A DNA stretch of 64,000 nucleotides from Elusimicrobiota bacterium (lineage in GTDB: Bacteria; Elusimicrobiota; Elusimicrobia; Elusimicrobiales; UBA9959). The notes beneath the pieces are model-generated. The model saw nothing but the letters and a program-made list of their open reading frames with translations. It was not told the DNA's origin and searched no databases. The position numbers and the translations under genes were made by a program. The stretch is from NCBI GenBank assembly GCA_030651035.1, contig JAUSCK010000173.1, positions 4,177 through 68,176 on the forward strand, in the 5' to 3' direction. Of the stretch, positions 59,701 to 64,000 are shown piece by piece (within the stretch, counting starts at the first letter, position 1; every line of letters begins with the position of its first letter).

Positions 59701-62224
59701 TGAAAGTTTCGCCTCGACCATAGGGTACTTTGTAAACCCGCTGGTTATCCGCAGCCGGCCCTCTTCGGAAATACGGTTTAAAGATTATCTGGGCCAGGTT
59801 AAAGATCTTGTCAGCGGAGCTCTGGCAAATGCCGATATCCCGATACAGGGGCTTGTCGAGCGTTTGTCAATAACGCGCGATCCCGCGATACCACAGCTGT
59901 TCCAGACGATCTTCACGCTGAAGCGCGCGCACCGTCTTGCGAATGTCGACGGTTTTATCGCCGGAGATCCCAAGGTCGTCACTAAGATCGGGGATCTCAC
60001 GCTGCGGTATTATCCGCTGCCGTGCCTCGGCTCCCAGGTCGATCTCTCGATGACGGTGGTCGAAGCTGATAACACGTTTTCCATACATATCGAATTCAAC
60101 CCGGAGCTGTTCAATGAAGCTACGATAAGAAGGTTCGGCCGACACTACGGCATGATCCTGCGTTCGATAGTCGCGGACCCCGCCGCAAGGCTCGGGCAAC
60201 TCGCGCTCATGGACAAGGAGGAGAGGGCTTTTGTGGGCGGTTCTACGGTTCTTCCCAAAAGCGAGCGGCAAGGCTGCCTCCATACTTTATTCGAACGGCA
60301 GGCGGGCGTTCAGCCTGCCGCTGCGGCGCTTCGCTCTCCGGGGGTAGAGCTGACCTATTCGGAATTGAACGGCCGGGCCAATCGTATGGCTCATTGCCTG
60401 CTTAAGCTGCGGCTGAACAGAGCGCGGCCAGTCGTCGTTATGACCGACGACCAGGTATTCCAGATCGAAACTATTTTAGGAACTCTAAAGGCCGGGCACT
60501 TTTTTCTTTGCCTGGACCCTGCCCACCCCCCTTTGCGGATCGACCAGATCTTTTCAGCTTCCGCACCGGCGGTAATAGTGGCGGACCGGGCCGCGTTCGA
60601 CCTGCACAGATCAGTTTTTGACGGTCAGATAAGAAATGGCTGCAAAGTGGTGGTGCTGGGTGTTAAGATAGAGGTCATATCGAATGATCCCGCATCTGAT
60701 ATTTATGACAGAAGCGAATTCCCAACGGGGGATCCTGACTGCGGGATAACCGAGACTTCGCCCGCTTACCTGGTTTACACCTCGGGGTCAACGGGTGCCC
60801 CGAAAGGAATTGTTCAGTCGCACCGTTCATTTGTGCAGTTCCTTAATTGGCAGATCCGCACGTTCGGAATGCGGAAAGGCGAGCGGATAGCTAATTGGTC
60901 TTCTATCGTCTACGACGCCTCCTATTGCGAGATCTTCGGGGCCCTGGGGTCCGGAGCGGCGCTTTGCATGACGTCCCCCTCCGTCCGGTATAACCCGATA
61001 GAGCTTCTTCGCTGGATCCATAAGGAACAAATTTCAATATTCCAGACCGTGCCGAGCTTTTTCAGCTCCATTCTCCAGACAATTGAGAATGAATCAGCGG
61101 CTGACCGGCAATTCGAAAGCCTGAAGCATATTATGCTTGCGGGGGAAGAACTTCGCTCCGATCTAATCCGGGCCTGGCGGCGCAGGTTCGGTCATAAAAC
61201 AGCGCTTTGGAACCTGTATGGCCCTACTGAGAGCGTCCTCGCCACTTATTATCCCGTGAAAGATATTCAGCCTAATCAGTGGTCGGTCCCGATCGGCCGG
61301 GAGATCGAAGGCCGGCAGATCCTAATTATAGACCCCAGGGGGGAGCTCTGTCCTGTCGGTGTACCGGGAGAAATCTTTATCCGCAGCCAATATCTAGCCA
61401 TGGGCTATTTTAAGGACCCGGCCCGGACCGCTGATTCATTTCTGGCGAATCCGTTAACAAGCGACCTTAGCGACCTGGTTTTCCGAACCCGCGATTGCGC
61501 CAGGTGGCTGGAGGACGGGACGGTTGAATTCCGCGGCCGATCGGACGGGCAGCTGAAGATACGCGGCATGCGCGTGGAGACCGGTGAAATTGAAGCTCAA
61601 CTGAGCCGCTATCCCGGGGTTTCGGACGCGGCGGTCACCGCGGCCCGGGATGAAAGCGGCGAGTCCCGGCTTGTCGCCTACCTGGTCGCAACGGGGAAGG
61701 TCGATGCGCTCATGCTCAAAGAATTCCTGAGACCGGCGCTGCCCAGCTACATGCTGCCTGAATTTGTCATACAGCTTGAGCGGCTTCCCCGCACAGCGAC
61801 CAACAAGGTCGACAGGAGGGCCTTGCCGAAGCCTGATTTAAAACGACAAATTCATGACGGCCCCCCGGCGCAGCTGAACGAACTCGAGCAGCAGCTGGCA
61901 ACGATCTGGCGCGATCTGCTCAAAATAGATTCGTTTGATGTCCGGAATAGTTTTTTTGATCTCGGAGGACATTCTTTGCTGGCGACCCGTCTTATAAATA
62001 AAGTCCGCCTGGATTTTGGCGTGGAAATTTCACTCAAGGATTTCTTTTATCGGCCTACTTTTCAGGGGATGGCCGAAGCGATCCAGGTATTCCGGTCGGA
62101 ACAAACCGACAAGGGAAAAGCTCTGCTGGCCATTGTAGAGCAGATAGAAAGAATGTCCGATTCCGAGGTTCTGACCCGGCTTGAGCAAATCAGAATTAAT
62201 TCCAGAAGGAAGTCCACGGCATGA
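56786..62224 (+). CDS. Lipoinitiation NRPS: FAAL - ACP - C(starter-type) - A - T
   Basis: Start at ATG 56786 (MTDNKFRKH...). The FAAL domain has FTSGSTGDPKGV and GRLKDMIIIRGRNIYPQDIE. It is followed by ACP (GLDSLAT), C (HHLVIDLWS), A (YTSGSTGAPKG, NLYGPTE), T (GGHSLLA) and a C-terminal docking-like helix. Confidence 0.92.
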   Translation: MTDNKFRKHIGLIKGSKSLADIGRHYAKTQGSATAFTFLGKDDGDNQSLDYAAVDLRARAIAASLSCSMHKGERALLLYPPGLGFVEAFLGCIYAGIIAVPAYLPQKRKEHWQRLALISRTAEVRAVLTSRSVTSDWDKTPEIAAMFEACQLIATDSIGPSPASSWNYPDVEPTDLAFLQFTSGSTGDPKGVMVSHKALLSNELMIADSFGNDDGLVTAGWLPLYHDMGLIGNVLQPFCLGGHSVNMSPVSFLQSPITWLSMISKFGATTSGAPNFAYDLCVLRITDEQMSGLDLSKWTIAFNGAEPIRAETLKRFSEKFAPCGFSKESFFPCYGLAEATLLVSGGPVRREYRRLMLDGKALERNKIELSDTAGKDTRTLVSSGRVVPGQQLAIVDPEHLTRCPSRTVGEIWLKSPSAARGYWNQAEATRRTFQADIPGESGAHYLRTGDLGFIHENDLYISGRLKDMIIIRGRNIYPQDIEAAVQSSHPAFRAGGGAAFSIDHDNEEKLIIVQEVERTQARSLDKEGAARIIAQAIGEAFGIQVHDVMLIRHGTLVKTSSGKIEHRTCKRKYLESGLVLQYPKVVPPKIAETAPPPGDPLDQLRHMAASILKVRPESIDPSVSLIAYGLDSLATLAMQHALELEFTVKIPADKMFSGPSLNSIAELLALQAPAHPRKDSGDREPSEKAPRSAEDGQEPVRTGLALNQKALWTLYQLDPTSSAYNVAAAIRFDESLDEGRLKAAFYEVIRRHESLRAVFDATDDQPAQSFVQENPRAFSWVRVVNEAESFFSERIGLCAKEPFDLKSGPAFRATLFENIGHYSVMLISAHHLVIDLWSMVQIIEELAIIYSGGDLSGRPPPRPYADFVALSERRMKDPGFKAQWNYWEGQLSGPLPVLTLPTDRPRPRFQSFAGESIVLKVGADTAEKVNALAKKENCTPFTLLLAGYLALLHRYTGETDICVGCPTAGRPDESFASTIGYFVNPLVIRSRPSSEIRFKDYLGQVKDLVSGALANADIPIQGLVERLSITRDPAIPQLFQTIFTLKRAHRLANVDGFIAGDPKVVTKIGDLTLRYYPLPCLGSQVDLSMTVVEADNTFSIHIEFNPELFNEATIRRFGRHYGMILRSIVADPAARLGQLALMDKEERAFVGGSTVLPKSERQGCLHTLFERQAGVQPAAAALRSPGVELTYSELNGRANRMAHCLLKLRLNRARPVVVMTDDQVFQIETILGTLKAGHFFLCLDPAHPPLRIDQIFSASAPAVIVADRAAFDLHRSVFDGQIRNGCKVVVLGVKIEVISNDPASDIYDRSEFPTGDPDCGITETSPAYLVYTSGSTGAPKGIVQSHRSFVQFLNWQIRTFGMRKGERIANWSSIVYDASYCEIFGALGSGAALCMTSPSVRYNPIELLRWIHKEQISIFQTVPSFFSSILQTIENESAADRQFESLKHIMLAGEELRSDLIRAWRRRFGHKTALWNLYGPTESVLATYYPVKDIQPNQWSVPIGREIEGRQILIIDPRGELCPVGVPGEIFIRSQYLAMGYFKDPARTADSFLANPLTSDLSDLVFRTRDCARWLEDGTVEFRGRSDGQLKIRGMRVETGEIEAQLSRYPGVSDAAVTAARDESGESRLVAYLVATGKVDALMLKEFLRPALPSYMLPEFVIQLERLPRTATNKVDRRALPKPDLKRQIHDGPPAQLNELEQQLATIWRDLLKIDSFDVRNSFFDLGGHSLLATRLINKVRLDFGVEISLKDFFYRPTFQGMAEAIQVFRSEQTDKGKALLAIVEQIERMSDSEVLTRLEQIRINSRRKSTA

Positions 62225-62466
62225 AATTCCGGCTGCTCCAGGCAAGCTATGCGGGGGCAGATCTTTCCGACGGGGTCGCAGTTGCGGCCTTCTTCTGTTT
62301 GCTGGCGCAAAGCGGGAACTGTCATGCAGGCAGGCCGTCTTATAAGAGCCGGCACCCTTAACCTCCCTGAACAAGGATGACCCCGGACAAATTTGTTAAA
62401 ATCTAGAAGGCAGGAAGCTGCTGCAGCACTGCCCTGATTTTACACAGAACATCATCACAGAACAAA

Positions 62467-63987
62467 ATGACAATGACCTCGACCCACGTGATCACCGATA
62501 AGTTCTATACCCTTGACGAATTCAGGATGCTTTTGGAGACCAGGCCGAAATTATCCCTGGCGCCGGAGGTCCTCGCCGCGATCGACGCCGGCGCCCGGTT
62601 CGTAGAAAACAAGTCTAAAGAGGACATCCATATTTACGGCGTTAACACCGGGTATGGCTCTCTCTGCGAGACACGCGTCGCCCCGGATCAGCTGGACGCG
62701 CTTCAGTACAAACATGTAATGTCCCACGCCTGCGGCGTCGGTGAACCTGCCTCCGAAGAGGTTGTCCGCCTGATGCTCCTCATCAAGATCCTTACGTTCC
62801 GGACCGGGGTAACGGGTGTATCACGCGAACCGGTGGAGCGTTTTATCGAATTCTGGAACGCCGGCGTAATTCCCGTGGTCCCCAAAAAAGGGACTGTCGG
62901 TGCAAGCGGCGACCTTGCTCCGCTCGCCCATCTTGCTTTGCCTCTTTTAGGGCTTGGAAAAGTGCATTTCAAGGGTAAAGCAGTCGATTCGGCCGAGGTG
63001 CTGAAAATACACGGCTGGCGGCCTATCAAGCTTAAGCCTAAGGAAGGGCTGGCACTGACGAACGGAGTGCAATACATTAACGCTATGGCCATTCATAGCT
63101 TGCTCCGCATAGAGGAATATGTCCGAGCCGCCGATTTCCTCGCAGCCCTTAGCATACAGGGATTCAGCGCGTCCAAGACGTTCTATCAAAGCCTCTATAT
63201 TAAAACGTCTTTGCACCCGGAGAGATTGACGGTCGCCGAGAACCTCCAGTTCCTCCTTGAAGGCAGCAACCATTATGATCTGCCCACCTGCAATAAATCA
63301 AAGCAGGATCCTTATTCGTTCCGCTGTATTCCGCAGGTCCACGGCGCCATCCGGCAAACTTACGGACACGCGAAGCTGATCATGGAACGGGAGTGCAATG
63401 GCGTTTCCGATAATCCCCTCTTTTTCCCTGAACAGGGGGAGATACTTTTTGGCGGCCATCTTCACGGAGAGTCTACGGCCTTTGTTCTGGATTTTTTAGC
63501 GATCGCGCTCAGCGAGCTGTCCAATATTTCCGAGCGGCGTTCGTACCAGATGCTTTCCGGTCAGCGCGGCTTGCCCAGTTTTCTCATTCAAAATCCGGGT
63601 CTTGATTCCGGGTTAATGGTCGTGCAGTATTCCGCCGCGGCCCTCCTGAACGAGAATAAAGTCCTCTCAACACCGGCGAGCATTGATACGATTCCGACCT
63701 GCCAGCTGCAGGAGGATTCGGTCAGTATGGGAGGGACCGCGGGCTATAAGCTTTGGCAGATCGCCGAAAACTGTGAAGTCATCTTCGCGATAGAATTGCT
63801 CATCGCCTGCCAGGCCATTGACATGAACAAGGCGATAAAACTCTCGCCAAGGACCCGCGCAGCTCACGAAGCGTTTCGGAAAGTCGTGCCTTTTCTAAAC
63901 GAGGACAGGATCATGTCCGACGATATCGATAAGGCGAAAGAGTTTTTCGGCAAAATGCGCCGCGTGTGGCGCGATGAGCTCAAATGA
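62467..63987 (+). CDS. MIO-dependent aromatic amino acid ammonia-lyase/aminomutase family (histidine ammonia-lyase-like)
   Basis: 506 aa. It has the MIO precursor motif GTVGASGDLAPLAHL, plus YGVNTGYGSL and SHACGVG. Confidence 0.88.
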   Translation: MTMTSTHVITDKFYTLDEFRMLLETRPKLSLAPEVLAAIDAGARFVENKSKEDIHIYGVNTGYGSLCETRVAPDQLDALQYKHVMSHACGVGEPASEEVVRLMLLIKILTFRTGVTGVSREPVERFIEFWNAGVIPVVPKKGTVGASGDLAPLAHLALPLLGLGKVHFKGKAVDSAEVLKIHGWRPIKLKPKEGLALTNGVQYINAMAIHSLLRIEEYVRAADFLAALSIQGFSASKTFYQSLYIKTSLHPERLTVAENLQFLLEGSNHYDLPTCNKSKQDPYSFRCIPQVHGAIRQTYGHAKLIMERECNGVSDNPLFFPEQGEILFGGHLHGESTAFVLDFLAIALSELSNISERRSYQMLSGQRGLPSFLIQNPGLDSGLMVVQYSAAALLNENKVLSTPASIDTIPTCQLQEDSVSMGGTAGYKLWQIAENCEVIFAIELLIACQAIDMNKAIKLSPRTRAAHEAFRKVVPFLNEDRIMSDDIDKAKEFFGKMRRVWRDELK

Positions 63988-64000
63988 GCGGCCTGGCAGG

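Noticed and set aside
1-64000. Search for tRNA, rRNA, tmRNA, integrase, transposase, reverse transcriptase or cas genes
   Set aside because: I found no T-loop/acceptor-like tRNA signatures, no rRNA-like blocks, and no ORF with integrase, transposase, RT (YxDD) or Cas motifs. The rearrangements and islands therefore cannot be attributed to a visible mobility gene.

Overview
64-kb window from a high-GC bacterium. I saw no rRNA, tRNA, CRISPR array, integrase or transposase, and taxon cannot be assigned by eye. Nearly all genes are on the minus strand. All domain calls come from motifs I recognise in the translations, not from database searches.

There are three blocks:

(1) 1-11.1 kb is a compositionally mosaic accessory, defence-like island. 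It holds two DUF2075 (Schlafen-helicase-like) genes, an AlbA_2 (Schlafen-core-like) gene, two HNH_2 nucleases with reader-like N-terminal domains, a MazG-like pyrophosphohydrolase and a DUF4062/COG2865-type gene. One DUF2075/S24 ORF carries four in-frame copies of a ~150-bp hairpin-rich repeat plus a divergent fifth.

(2) 11-38 kb is mostly core-like. It contains an sbcDC operon that has been duplicated, deleted and invaded by cassette genes, leaving sbcC and sbcD fragments and a 43-codon in-frame delta-sbcD. It also contains MerR plus VIT/vWA, a HigBA-like toxin-antitoxin pair, TPR proteins, a frameshifted receiver gene, a 5'-truncated ftsA, pgm, a protease, mutT, ssb and pxpB-pxpA::pxpC.

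(3) 38-64 kb is a visibly lower-GC NRPS lipopeptide cluster with FAAL-ACP-C-A-T, C'-A(MT)-T-E-C-A-T and C-A-T-C-A-T-TE proteins. It also encodes a PvdQ-like acylase, a small membrane protein and an MIO ammonia-lyase-family enzyme.

Two window-wide signals stand out. A CGACA-N6-TGTCG palindrome lies exactly 11 nt upstream of a -10-like hexamer at seven promoters, including sbcD and ssb. Many start codons sit only 5-10 nt downstream of a -10 box, suggesting leaderless mRNAs.
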